A stretch of DNA of 64,000 nt from Candidatus Melainabacteria bacterium 17Bon1m (lineage in GTDB: Bacteria > Cyanobacteriota > Vampirovibrionia > Obscuribacterales > Obscuribacteraceae). The notes under the pieces are model-generated. The model did no database searches. It saw only the letters and a list, made by a program, of their open reading frames with translations, and was not told the origin of the DNA. The stretch's first letter is position 1; every line of letters starts with the position of its first letter. The DNA lies in assembly GCA_032128875.1 (NCBI GenBank), contig JAVLKG010000001.1, positions 288,001-352,000 of the forward strand, given 5' to 3'. Both the position numbers and the translations under genes were made by a program. Below, in pieces: positions 19,806 to 29,223 of the stretch.

Positions 19806-20541
19806 ACTTCTAGGCTCCTTCACTATCCGCTCGACAGGAATGACTGGGTCTGCGTGATTGTCTTCCTGTCTGCCTTCCAATCATGGTCAAAGCCTAGCAA
19901 AGACCGAACAGTTCAACCATGATTACCTTGAGGTGCCCACCCTTTGATGATGCTGGCAATCAGCTTATGTAGGCATTCTCGCGCAGTGTATCGGAGTGAT
20001 AACAACTACTTTTCACGCTTTTAAATGGGCGTTGAAGAACACTCAAGGTGGTGGTTACCTGAAGGTTCTCACCCTCGTGGTGATATGGTCGAATTGCTCG
20101 TATATACAGGTTCTTCTTGCTGATACCGCGGCGGAATCAATAGGCAACGATGCTTCGCAGCTACGATTAAGTGTCCCAACTCATCCCTGAGAACGATCGA
20201 GCAGTCATACCCGGGAATGATGAAGCCAGTCGGCAGAGACGTTCTCGCACAGCCCAGGCGCTTTTCAGGCGCGATCAATATCAAACATGTGAGACGCTTG
20301 TTCAGAACAGAAAAGATTTGAAACCCTCTACTATTGCCTGGTTTGAACGAATCTGCCCTTTTGTGCACACGAGTGAATTATAAAGTTTGTGGAGAAAGTC
20401 GCAGTTTTGTAAAACCAGAAAGGCACTGGTCATCTATGTTTTCACTCTGTTGCTATGATATCGCCGTGAGCGCGAAGCGAGTAAAAAACGAATCGATTAA
20501 ATGCAGGTCGCTCTCGGTAACCCAGAAAGAAGGTGTCTCAT

Positions 20542-20634
20542 ATGGAAGCATGGACTATTGTCGCTGTAGTGGTTATACCGGTCGTGGTATTTCTTGGTGT
20601 CATCGCGACGGTCAGATACATCGGCGCCAATTAG
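20542..20634 (+). CDS. 30-aa single-TM small protein (MEAWTIVAVVVIPVVVFLGVIATVRYIGAN)
   Basis: AGAAGG RBS, ATG...TAG, one hydrophobic helix; lies upstream of the respiratory operon; below the ORF-track cutoff. Confidence 0.65.
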   Translation: MEAWTIVAVVVIPVVVFLGVIATVRYIGAN

Positions 20635-20767
20635 GGCGTCGCACAAGCTATAGATCTTTCAGCATTTAGGGACGACAGCAGTGTTGTTGTTATCCCGGTT
20701 CAAGCTTGTTTCGGCAAGCTGAAAAATGTGTGTGCAGAAAATTACGAATCACAGCATTGAGTGAGTC

Positions 20768-21934
20768 ATGGACCCAACGACAATAATTCCTAATTATCAA
20801 CCGTTGCCTCTGCCTGCGCCGCTATGGTTATTGCAGACATTGCTCGTGGTTGGATTCTTTTTGCATGTCATTCCTATGAATATGACATTGGGCGGCTCGA
20901 TGCTGTCGAGTTTTCTGTTGATAAAGGGCGGCAGCGATAAGACTTCTTACGCATTCCGCGCAGGAAAAGGCTTGGCTTCAGCGCTGCCCATATGCATTTC
21001 GTTTGCCATCACCCAGGGTATTGTTCCACTTCTGTTTTTGCAGTTGCTGTACGGACCAGCCTATTACACTTCCTCTATTGTTATGGCTGTTCCCTGGATT
21101 TCTCTTTTGGGGCTCTTGTTAATTTGCTATTACGGCACTTATTTGATCACATATCGCGTGTTGCATACTAATGAACACGCCGATGGAAGTGGTATCAAAG
21201 CCGGTGCCATAATGCTGCTGGTCGCGCTTGGGCTGGCGGGGATTGGATTTCTATTTTCCAATAACATGACGCTCATGCTCACGCCTGAAAAGTGGGTACA
21301 ACTCTACAAGTCCAGCGCTTCCGGGTTGCACCTCAACTTGGGCGAACGCCAACTTTGGCCGCGTTATTTGCACTTCGCTCTGTCCGCAGTCGCTGTCGGT
21401 GGATTGACGCTCGGCGCTTTTGGACTTTATTTCAGCAAGCGAGAGCCGGAATATTCCACCTGGCTGATTAAGACTGGTTCGCGAATTGTTGCGGGCATAA
21501 CAGCTCTTCAAGTACTTGTGGGATTTGCTTTCCTCTTTGCCCTTCCATCTGTGGCGACGAAAAATCTTCTAGGTGGCGAACCAATTGGAGCACTTTCGTT
21601 AGCTGTTTCTGTAGCACTGTCTGTGGTGGTCCTCGTATCCACCAGTATTGCAGCAGTTACTGGCAGTAACAAAGCATTCTTAACGGGCATGCTCTCGACG
21701 ATTGTTGTGATTCTCACCATGATTGTCACCCGCCACATGCTTCGCGTTTACAGCCTGCACCCGCATTTCCGGCCTGATTCGTTGCCGGTTTCGGTTCAAT
21801 GGGACATCCTGATTGCTTTCCTTGTCTGCGCTGCGGGTTTGATTGCCTACCTTACCTGGCTAACGCGTACAGTTTGGAGAGCGTTCAATCCTCCTGAAAT
21901 TACCTTCCAGCCAAAGGTGGAGACAACAGTATGA
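20768..21934 (+). CDS. Cytochrome bd-like subunit (CydA'-type paralog)
   Basis: About nine TM helices; LHVIPMN, RYLHF and MIVTRHMLR positions parallel CydA; ATGA-coupled to the Rieske gene. Confidence 0.65.
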   Translation: MDPTTIIPNYQPLPLPAPLWLLQTLLVVGFFLHVIPMNMTLGGSMLSSFLLIKGGSDKTSYAFRAGKGLASALPICISFAITQGIVPLLFLQLLYGPAYYTSSIVMAVPWISLLGLLLICYYGTYLITYRVLHTNEHADGSGIKAGAIMLLVALGLAGIGFLFSNNMTLMLTPEKWVQLYKSSASGLHLNLGERQLWPRYLHFALSAVAVGGLTLGAFGLYFSKREPEYSTWLIKTGSRIVAGITALQVLVGFAFLFALPSVATKNLLGGEPIGALSLAVSVALSVVVLVSTSIAAVTGSNKAFLTGMLSTIVVILTMIVTRHMLRVYSLHPHFRPDSLPVSVQWDILIAFLVCAAGLIAYLTWLTRTVWRAFNPPEITFQPKVETTV

Positions 21935-22434
21935 ATACACCAGAGAAAGAATCTGCCGTAGCGAGCGAAGACAACAGTCCAGAAGTCCAGAGCGCTGATG
22001 TGTCGCGCTCCTGCTTTCTGCGAGGTTCGGTTGGGCTGTTCGCGCTTGCCTGGAGCATCATGGCGGCTTATCCTCTCTACCTCTATCTGAAGCCTTCCGG
22101 GAAAGACGAGTCGGCAGAAAGTCATGTCAGCAGCGTGGATCTCGGTCAGAAAGATTCCATAGTCCCTGGTGGCGGCAAAAACTTCAGATTCGGCAGTACA
22201 CCGGCGATCATCACGCGGTCTATCGATGGAGACTTTCATGCATTCAACGCTATCTGCACTCACCTGGGCTGTACCGTCCAATACCGAATGGAGAAAAAGG
22301 AAATTTGGTGCGCTTGCCATGGTGGCTGCTATGACGCCAGCACTGGAAAAAATATTTCCGGACCCCCGCCAAAACCGCTCAAGCCTCTAAAAGTTGATCT
22401 GGTTAACGACAAAATTATTGTTTCCAAAGCCTGA
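21931..22434 (+). CDS. petC: Rieske 2Fe-2S subunit of cytochrome bc complex
   Basis: CTHLGC and CACHGG boxes, GPPPKPL, N-terminal TM with degenerate Tat motif SRSCFL. Confidence 0.92.
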   Translation: MNTPEKESAVASEDNSPEVQSADVSRSCFLRGSVGLFALAWSIMAAYPLYLYLKPSGKDESAESHVSSVDLGQKDSIVPGGGKNFRFGSTPAIITRSIDGDFHAFNAICTHLGCTVQYRMEKKEIWCACHGGCYDASTGKNISGPPPKPLKPLKVDLVNDKIIVSKA

Positions 22435-22446
22435 GATGGTGCCCCT

Positions 22447-23529
22447 ATGACGAGTAGCAACCTACCTACGAATAAAATTGGCAATTGGCTGGAGGACCGC
22501 CTTAAGCTGAGCGCTATTGCGCAAATGGCTCAGAAAAAGGAAGTGCCGCTGCATAAGCACTCTATTTGGTACTACATGGGTGGAATCGCCATGTTGTTTC
22601 TGGCGGTGCAGTTTGTCACCGGTATTCTGCTGATGGTTTATTACGTGCCTGACCTGGAGTCAGCGCACGCGAGCATTCTAAAAATCAATTCGCAAATTCA
22701 GTTCGGGTGGTTCATAAGATCATTGCACAGCTGGGGTGCCAACCTCATGATTGCCGTGGTCTTTTTGCATTTGTTCAGCTCGTACTTCATGAAGGCATAC
22801 CGCAAACCACGCGAGATTACCTGGCTGATTGGAATGCTTTTGCTAGTCATTACTATGGCTTTCGGTTTTTCCGGATACCTGCTCCCCTGGGACGACATTT
22901 CATTTTTCGCCACCAAAATCGGACTCGACATAGCTTCCAAGACTCCTCTTATTGGACCGACCTTGGCGGAACTTTTGAGAGGTGGAGAAAACATCGGGCA
23001 GTCGACGATTTCTCGCTTCTTTGTCATTCACGTCGCAATTCTTCCTCTCGTCTTGCTCGGGTTGCTTGCTGGTCACCTGGTGCTTGTGCAAATGCACGGC
23101 ATGAGCAAACCTCCAGGTATCGACACTCCCGAAAAACCATGCGCCAAAGAAAAGTTTTTCCCGAATTTCTTTCTGCGCGACTTGCTGGTTTGGATTCTCT
23201 CTTTCAATGTTCTGGCAGTGCTTGTCACCCTCGCACCCTGGGGCATCGGACCAGAAGCAGATCCTTTCGCTCCCGCCCCGCTCGGAATCAAGCCAGAGTG
23301 GTATTTCCTGTCAATGTTCCAGTTCTTAAAACTAATGCCCGCTTTCGTCGGTCCTTTCGAAGGAGAGCTGGTCGGCATCTTTCTCATAGCAGCTGTAGCC
23401 GGCGCACTAGTTATGGTGCCATTCTGGGACGACGGTAAGTCCGAAGGAAGATCCACTCTTGCAACGATGTATGGATTGGCTGTGCTTATAGGCTTCATAG
23501 CCTTCACAATATGGGGTGCGATCTCATGA
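22447..23529 (+). CDS. petB: Cytochrome b (b6 plus subunit IV-like, fused)
   Basis: RSLHSWGAN...LH, GYLLPWD, FFVIH..x14..H, PEWYFL. Confidence 0.93.
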   Translation: MTSSNLPTNKIGNWLEDRLKLSAIAQMAQKKEVPLHKHSIWYYMGGIAMLFLAVQFVTGILLMVYYVPDLESAHASILKINSQIQFGWFIRSLHSWGANLMIAVVFLHLFSSYFMKAYRKPREITWLIGMLLLVITMAFGFSGYLLPWDDISFFATKIGLDIASKTPLIGPTLAELLRGGENIGQSTISRFFVIHVAILPLVLLGLLAGHLVLVQMHGMSKPPGIDTPEKPCAKEKFFPNFFLRDLLVWILSFNVLAVLVTLAPWGIGPEADPFAPAPLGIKPEWYFLSMFQFLKLMPAFVGPFEGELVGIFLIAAVAGALVMVPFWDDGKSEGRSTLATMYGLAVLIGFIAFTIWGAIS

Positions 23530-24905
23530 ATTATCCGATTTGGGTTGTTCCAATTTTTGGTGGCGGTTGGATCATTGGAATTATCGCCATTGTTCACGTT
23601 TTTCTCTCGCACTTTGCAGTTGGTGGTGGCGCCTTCCTTGCACTCACGGAAGAGCTTGCCTACAGAAGAAAAGACGAAAATCTGTACGCTTACTTGCGCC
23701 AGCATTCGCGCTTTTTCATGCTTTTGACGAGCGTGGCAGGTGCCGTGACCGGCGTCGGTATCTGGTGGGCAATCAGTCTTGTAAACCCTGATGGCACGGC
23801 TGTCTTGATTCAGAATTTCACGCTCGGCTGGGCGGTGGAATATGTCTTTTTCGTTGCCGAGCTGGCGACTGTTTTTGCATACTATTACACCTGGGACAAA
23901 CTGACCAAAGAGCAGCACCTGAATCTCGCGCGCATGTATTTTGGATTTTCAGTTATGACTCTTGTGGTCATCAATGGCATCCTCACTTTCATGCTGACGC
24001 CCGGACACTGGCTTGAATCGCGTTATTGGCTGGAAGGTTTTTTCAACGCCACTTACTGGCCGTCGTTGGTCTTGCGATTGCTCATTATGTTTGCGCTTGC
24101 CGGCATGTATGCCATGGTGACATCGAGCCAAATCAAAGATCAACAAACCAGAGAATATGTTGTGCGCTTTTGTGCGAAGTGGCTGTTGCCCATATTCTTT
24201 ATTGGTCCGGTTGCCGGATACTTCTATTTGGCAAATGTGCCGCAAGCGGCAATCGAAACCGTCTTCAACGGCGTTCATGCTTCGGGCGTGGGGAATTTCT
24301 CGGTTTTGGCAAGAGCTTTGTACCTGAGTCTTATTCTCTCCGGCACGGTAATTGTTTTCGCATACATCGGACCATACTTGAACCCTCGCGGATTGACTGT
24401 GCGCATTTCGATTCTTTTCCTCATATGCGGTCTCACCGTAACTGGTATTACCGAATGGATGCGAGAGCTTTTGCGTAAACCATACGTGGTCTATGGATAC
24501 ATGTACTGCAATGGCATAAGAAAAGAGTCTGTGGACAAGTTGAATGAAGGAGGGTTTTTAGCCCAGAGCAAATGGTCCACCATAACGGCTCTCCCTCATG
24601 GACAAAACGACATCGAGTTGGGAAGAAACATCTTTCGCTATCAGTGTATGAGCTGCCATACGGAAAATGGTTATCGAGGCATGAAGAAACTCTTGGGCGA
24701 ACGCGATCGTGACGCGATCGAAGGTTTTCTAAAAACCATCAAGAGCCGCAAGAAAGAAGATAATCCATATTTGGGAATAATGCCGCCGCTGGTAGGCAAC
24801 GATGACGACTTACAAAAACTGGCTTCGTACTTATGCACCATAAACGGGCAAGCAGAGCCAAGTCCTGCAGTAAGCTCGAAAGCCGGGGCTAATTCTCAAT
24901 ACTAA
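23526..24905 (+). CDS. Cytochrome bd-like oxidase subunit I fused to C-terminal cytochrome c
   Basis: HVFLSHFAVGG, WAVEYVFF..E, EWMRE..RKPY; CMSCH heme c motif with distal MPP; ATGA overlap with cytochrome b. Confidence 0.85.
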   Translation: MNYPIWVVPIFGGGWIIGIIAIVHVFLSHFAVGGGAFLALTEELAYRRKDENLYAYLRQHSRFFMLLTSVAGAVTGVGIWWAISLVNPDGTAVLIQNFTLGWAVEYVFFVAELATVFAYYYTWDKLTKEQHLNLARMYFGFSVMTLVVINGILTFMLTPGHWLESRYWLEGFFNATYWPSLVLRLLIMFALAGMYAMVTSSQIKDQQTREYVVRFCAKWLLPIFFIGPVAGYFYLANVPQAAIETVFNGVHASGVGNFSVLARALYLSLILSGTVIVFAYIGPYLNPRGLTVRISILFLICGLTVTGITEWMRELLRKPYVVYGYMYCNGIRKESVDKLNEGGFLAQSKWSTITALPHGQNDIELGRNIFRYQCMSCHTENGYRGMKKLLGERDRDAIEGFLKTIKSRKKEDNPYLGIMPPLVGNDDDLQKLASYLCTINGQAEPSPAVSSKAGANSQY

Positions 24906-24909
24906 GGCA

Positions 24910-24947
24910 CCAGCCATTCTCCATTCTCTCGAATGGAGAATGGCTGG
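24910..24947. terminator. 17-bp stem hairpin between convergent genes
   Basis: CCAGCCATTCTCCATTC-tctc-GAATGGAGAATGGCTGG. Confidence 0.75.
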
Positions 24948-24985
24948 AAGCTGGCTAGGTTTAGCTCAATGGCTGATGGGAAAAC

Positions 24986-25537
24986 CTAGCCAGGGCTTTG
25001 TGTCGACCCGTCACCGTTGCCAACTTGTTGGCTTGGCAGCACAGGGATCTTTCTCACACTTTCCTTATAGCCTGGTGCCTTCGGCAGTTTAATCGAAAGC
25101 ACACCGTTCTTGTAAGATGCCTCCGCCTTATCGGTGTCAACACAGTTTTCAGGTAATGGTATTGATCTGCTGAAAGAACCGTATCTTCTTTCCATGCGAT
25201 AAATACCTTTTGAGTTTTCCTCCTTCTCTTCTTTCTTTTCACCACTAATGGTTAAAGTGTCTCTGGACATCGAAATGTCGATATCCTTTTCCGTCATGCC
25301 TGGAACTTCCAGATTGATCTGAAATTCCTTTTCTGTTTCATGCACATCAAGTACTGGCGAGAAGCGACTTTCCATTGATCCCAATGTGTTCAGATTGAAT
25401 GCACGGTCGAAAAGTCTTTCCATCTCACGCCATGGGCTGTCGAAGTCGCTCCATACTGCAGGCATCGATGCGTATTCATCCGATCTGCGAATTGGGACTG
25501 CCTTTCGCCCCCATGGAATTAGATTATTCAGTGTCAT
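24986..25537 (-). CDS. Hsp20/alpha-crystallin small heat-shock protein
   Basis: P.LDVHET, EVPG, ERRYGSFSRSI.LP, ASYKNGVL.I.LPK; GGAGGT RBS. Confidence 0.95.
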   Translation of the reverse strand: MTLNNLIPWGRKAVPIRRSDEYASMPAVWSDFDSPWREMERLFDRAFNLNTLGSMESRFSPVLDVHETEKEFQINLEVPGMTEKDIDISMSRDTLTISGEKKEEKEENSKGIYRMERRYGSFSRSIPLPENCVDTDKAEASYKNGVLSIKLPKAPGYKESVRKIPVLPSQQVGNGDGSTQSPG

Positions 25538-25566
25538 AGTGTTTACCTCCCCAGAACAATTTTTAG

Positions 25567-25692
25567 CTACTCGCATGCGAATTTTGTCGCAGCAGCAATC
25601 CGCAAAACGCTGAGTTGCTCAGCTTTTGTTTCAGAACATCCAGCTAACAAATATTGTTCGAAAAGTTCTTTGGTGAATACCGTCGCATCCAT
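25567..25692 (-). CDS. 41-aa small ORF upstream of hsp20 (MDATVFTKELFEQYLLAGCSETKAEQLSVLRIAAATKFACE)
   Basis: GGAGG 8 nt before ATG; stop lies just before the hsp20 RBS. Confidence 0.5.
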   Translation of the reverse strand: MDATVFTKELFEQYLLAGCSETKAEQLSVLRIAAATKFACE

Positions 25693-26045
25693 AATTCATA
25701 CCTCCGCCAGGCGAAAGTTTGCTTTTATCGATGAAACTCAAATCGTTGTTTGTGCGCATTTGAATTAGGTTTTCTACTTAGATTGATAACACGCCGCAGA
25801 AAAAATTGATTCGGCGATAATGAAATTTTCAAAATGTTTTACAGGCGCTACAATGCGCTGGCTGCGCCTGTTTTGAGGCGCTCAGTCACACGACTTTTTG
25901 CGTGATTTGATAATTTTGTACCGCGGTAATCGATGTGAGGGATGGGATTTGCAGAAAGAAACATGAATGTTGGCAAAGTTCTAAAATTGATATATAAATC
26001 TAGCTCGATTACTGCATATTTTCTTGACTGTATAGGAGGAAGCTC

Positions 26046-26396
26046 ATGAAACAAACTCAATTCTTGTTAGCAACAATTTCTGCGTTGATTGTTGCTCTTC
26101 CAGTATCGGCAAAAATTTCTGCCACAGTCGATCTTCCTGCAGAGGCAAAGCGTGGTGAATCGGTGACAGTCTCGGTGAAGACTGAGCCAAAATTGAAGTG
26201 CAAAATTCAGGCACAGGATGCAGGTCTTACACAAGTGCTAAAACTCACCGATCAAGATTCGGATTCTACCGGCAACGCCAGTTGGAAATTCGATGTTCCA
26301 AAAGACTACAAAGCAGATGAACTGCCAGTGATTGTAACTGTCAGCAAAGACAAAGAGGAAGAAAAGGTTACTCGTTCTATCAAGGTCAAGAAATAG
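26046..26396 (+). CDS. Small secreted beta-rich (Ig-like) protein
   Basis: AGGAGG RBS, signal peptide, G.ASWKF.VP pattern. Confidence 0.75.
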   Translation: MKQTQFLLATISALIVALPVSAKISATVDLPAEAKRGESVTVSVKTEPKLKCKIQAQDAGLTQVLKLTDQDSDSTGNASWKFDVPKDYKADELPVIVTVSKDKEEEKVTRSIKVKK

Positions 26397-26404
26397 ACCC
26401 AGCA

Positions 26405-26440
26405 AGCAGAGAAGGCAGAAGAAATCCTGCCTTCTCTGCT
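26405..26440 (+). terminator. Intrinsic terminator-like hairpin
   Basis: AGCAGAGAAGGCAG...CTGCCTTCTCTGCT 14-bp stem. Confidence 0.7.
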
Positions 26441-26514
26441 CTGTATTCTCTTTCTTTTGTAACCGCGCGGCGCTAGGTGCTAATTCTGCGCTCCACCTTA
26501 ATAGGCACTTTTGT

Positions 26515-27972
26515 CTAGATCTTCTCGAAATCTATAAATCCTTTTGCGGCGTTTGTTGACAGCAACCGTACTTTGATTTTGTCGCCGACATCGACGCCTT
26601 TGTGGTTTTTCAACAACCGACCTTCCGCCGATGGCTTCGAAATCCGCACATAGACACCGTCTTCTTTGACGCCTGTGACTATCGCTTTGAAGACTTCGCC
26701 GAGTCGCGAACTCAGCAATACCGCGGCAGCCGCTTTACGCATGAATCGTTCGACGTTGTTGGCTGCTGACGCCATCTTCGTGCAATGACTCGCAATTGCC
26801 TCCAGCTCTGCTTCGGAATAAGGGCAGTCTCTCCCGTCAATGACCGCCTTCAACAAGCGCTGTGTCACCACATCCGGAAATCTTCGATTTGGCGCTGTGC
26901 TGTGCGTGTAATCATGCACAGCAAGCCCAAAATGTCCCTCGTGCTCATCACCAGATTTCACGACGACATACTCGCCGGGACCAAGTAGTTTTAGAACAGA
27001 CAAAGACAGATCGCTGAAGTGAGTTGGGTCGGCGATGCGACGCTTCTTCAGAAAGTCGGAAAGCGCTTTGGGGCTCGGCTCGTCTGGCAATGTTTCACCA
27101 ACCGCCTTTGCCAACTCAACGATGCGCGACCATCTCCTCGGTTTGCGCACAATGCGCCGCAAGGAGTACGTCCCTTTCGTATCCAACAGACCGGCGACTG
27201 CACTGTTCGCTGCCACCATGAAGTTTTCTACTAACTCGCGTGCGTCATTGCTGTCGACTGTTTTGATATCCACGACCCTTCCGTTGACTGCAACGGGCGC
27301 TGCTTCAATGCGCTCTATGTTTAGCGCACCCGCTTCCATGCGCAAGTCTTCTAAAAGCTCCGATTGTTCCCTCTGTAAACGCAGTTGTTCAGCGAGTTTT
27401 GGAACGGGATTGAGCAGCGGGAGTTCGTTTTCTTCCGCGCCACCATCGAACCATTTGCCCATGCTCGAATAATTGAGCTTTGCGTAGTTGCGTACTATAG
27501 CGCGATAGACATCAACAGACACCAATTTCCCTTTGGGGCTTAGCACCATATCTACCACCACTGCAAGCTTGTCACCACCGGGCATTAGTGAGGTGACCTC
27601 GTTGGACAGTTTCTCGGGAAACATCGGGAAATTCATCACGCCTGCGTATACCGTCGTTGTGTTGTTTGCGGCGTGAACATCGAGTGGCGAATCCTTCACA
27701 ACAAACGCATCTACATCGGCGATGCCTACCATTACTCGCGTATTGCCATCAGGGAGTTTTTCCGCATACTCGACTTGGTCAAGATCCAACGAATCCGCAT
27801 TGTCGATCGACGACCACAGCAGATGCCGCAAGTCTTTAGTGTCGTCAGTTTTCGGCAGCTTGTCCGAAATCGCATTCACTTGAGCGATGACTTCGGGTTC
27901 GAAATCTGGTGTGAAGCCGGCGTCCGTCAGAGCTTTGTGTGCCATCTCTTTAAGGTCGGGCTTGGTGACCAT
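26515..27972 (-). CDS. RNB-domain exoribonuclease (RNase II/R family, short form)
   Basis: SIDNADSLDLDQ catalytic motif, LVENFMVAAN, HFGLA..Y.H.TAPNRRFPD. Confidence 0.92.
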   Translation of the reverse strand: MVTKPDLKEMAHKALTDAGFTPDFEPEVIAQVNAISDKLPKTDDTKDLRHLLWSSIDNADSLDLDQVEYAEKLPDGNTRVMVGIADVDAFVVKDSPLDVHAANNTTTVYAGVMNFPMFPEKLSNEVTSLMPGGDKLAVVVDMVLSPKGKLVSVDVYRAIVRNYAKLNYSSMGKWFDGGAEENELPLLNPVPKLAEQLRLQREQSELLEDLRMEAGALNIERIEAAPVAVNGRVVDIKTVDSNDARELVENFMVAANSAVAGLLDTKGTYSLRRIVRKPRRWSRIVELAKAVGETLPDEPSPKALSDFLKKRRIADPTHFSDLSLSVLKLLGPGEYVVVKSGDEHEGHFGLAVHDYTHSTAPNRRFPDVVTQRLLKAVIDGRDCPYSEAELEAIASHCTKMASAANNVERFMRKAAAAVLLSSRLGEVFKAIVTGVKEDGVYVRISKPSAEGRLLKNHKGVDVGDKIKVRLLSTNAAKGFIDFEKI

Positions 27973-27989
27973 CGTGGTGTCCTGTTTGT

Positions 27990-28014
27990 GAAACCTAAGA
28001 ATCTAGATGCCGTC
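27990..28014 (+). promoter_or_regulatory. Putative ECF promoter GAAAC-N17-GTC
   Basis: Matches the window-wide motif; nearest same-strand ORF is 270 nt away. Confidence 0.45.
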
Positions 28015-28283
28015 AATATTGCCCTGATTCTTATTGCGCGATTTCGGGTCGATTAATTTGTATGATTTTACAGTATTGCCCTACCCGCTGAGGGGGTAGG
28101 TAGAAGCGAGGAGCTTTAGGGCAATCTCTGGAATAACTATGTCCAGAATTGCGCTGCCGAGCCGGGTCTGCGCAATTGTGCTATGATGTCAGTATGATGT
28201 TTGTGAAAGTGCGCAAGGCGTAGGCTTGAGAATCTTGTGAACTGCCGCTATTTACACTCGGTCTGGTGCTACCGTGACACGAG

Positions 28284-28673
28284 GTGAATAAAATGGCAGT
28301 ACAAGAGCCTTTTTCGTTTGTTGAAGATTCGATCTATAGTAATTCCGCTGTTCATCCACCTAACGACTATAAGCAGGAGAACGATACTTCTATCTGCATG
28401 ACGGAAATGAGCAGGCTTTTGTTTGCGCCTGCTAATTTCCTTCAACGACTGAGTTTGAGCAGAGATGTTGAATTGCGAATTGCAGTCGTTGATTACAAAG
28501 ACGCACCGGATGAAGTGCTGTTTTTTCTGGCAGACGATGAAAGTCCGGACGTTAGATATGCACTAGCTGAAAACCATAATATCAGCATAAATGTGCTCAA
28601 AAAGCTGAGCGCTGATCCTAACCCATATGTTGCTGATCGGGCTGAGCGTACGCTGTTGCGCCGTACGGCGTAG
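28284..28673 (+). CDS. HEAT/LRV-repeat small protein
   Basis: LADDESPDVRYALAENHN, LSADPNPYVA repeats. Confidence 0.8.
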   Translation: MNKMAVQEPFSFVEDSIYSNSAVHPPNDYKQENDTSICMTEMSRLLFAPANFLQRLSLSRDVELRIAVVDYKDAPDEVLFFLADDESPDVRYALAENHNISINVLKKLSADPNPYVADRAERTLLRRTA

Positions 28674-28741
28674 CTTGTTCTCGAAATACGTGAGCTTCTT
28701 TGCTTTCACTTGCATTGGTGATTAATTCAGCTACTGCATTA

Positions 28742-28766
28742 GAAACCTTTTTTGATTGATGCCGTC
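28742..28766 (+). promoter_or_regulatory. Putative ECF promoter GAAAC-N17-GTC (probably leaderless mRNA)
   Basis: -10 element ends 8 nt before ATG 28775; no RBS seen. Confidence 0.6.
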
Positions 28767-28774
28767 TTCGCACC

Positions 28775-29182
28775 ATGAACAGATCAGAAATCAACATATT
28801 GCTTGTCGAAGATTTACCCTTGCTGCAAACCGTATTTAAGAGACAGACGCAGAAGTTGGGTTTCACACGTGTGACCATTGCCCCTGATGGAGCGAGCGCC
28901 GTCGAATTGGCGCGAAACAAAAATTTTTCGATGATTTTTATGGACGTGAATTTGCCCCATGTAGACGGAATTGAGGCCACTCGAAAGATACGTCAGCAAG
29001 AACTTCCCGGGCACCGTGTGCCGATTATCGGTTTGACCGCATACGGAGACCGAGAGGCCTGTCTTAGCGCCGGCATGGATGATTTTTTGCAGAAACCAGT
29101 ATTGCTCGAAGAGCTTTTCGGCGTCATCGATAAATGGGCTCGATCTGCGGTTGCAGAGCCAGCAGAACGAAGAAACAGCTAG
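28775..29182 (+). CDS. Single-domain response regulator
   Basis: LLVED, FMD.NLP.VDG, LTA, MDDFLQKP. Confidence 0.92.
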   Translation: MNRSEINILLVEDLPLLQTVFKRQTQKLGFTRVTIAPDGASAVELARNKNFSMIFMDVNLPHVDGIEATRKIRQQELPGHRVPIIGLTAYGDREACLSAGMDDFLQKPVLLEELFGVIDKWARSAVAEPAERRNS

Positions 29183-29223
29183 GGAAACTAGCAAAGCACA
29201 GCGAAGAAACGCGTTCTCTCGCT

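Noticed and set aside
21931-23529. Photosynthetic cytochrome b6f
   Set aside because: No petA, cytochrome b is not split, no heme ci Cys, and it is linked to bd-like genes
22707-23918. Long alternative-frame and antisense ORFs (e.g. 22707-23438, 23073-23918, also 6709-7401 and 16117-16737)
   Set aside because: Shadow frames overlapping well-supported genes, with no recognisable motifs
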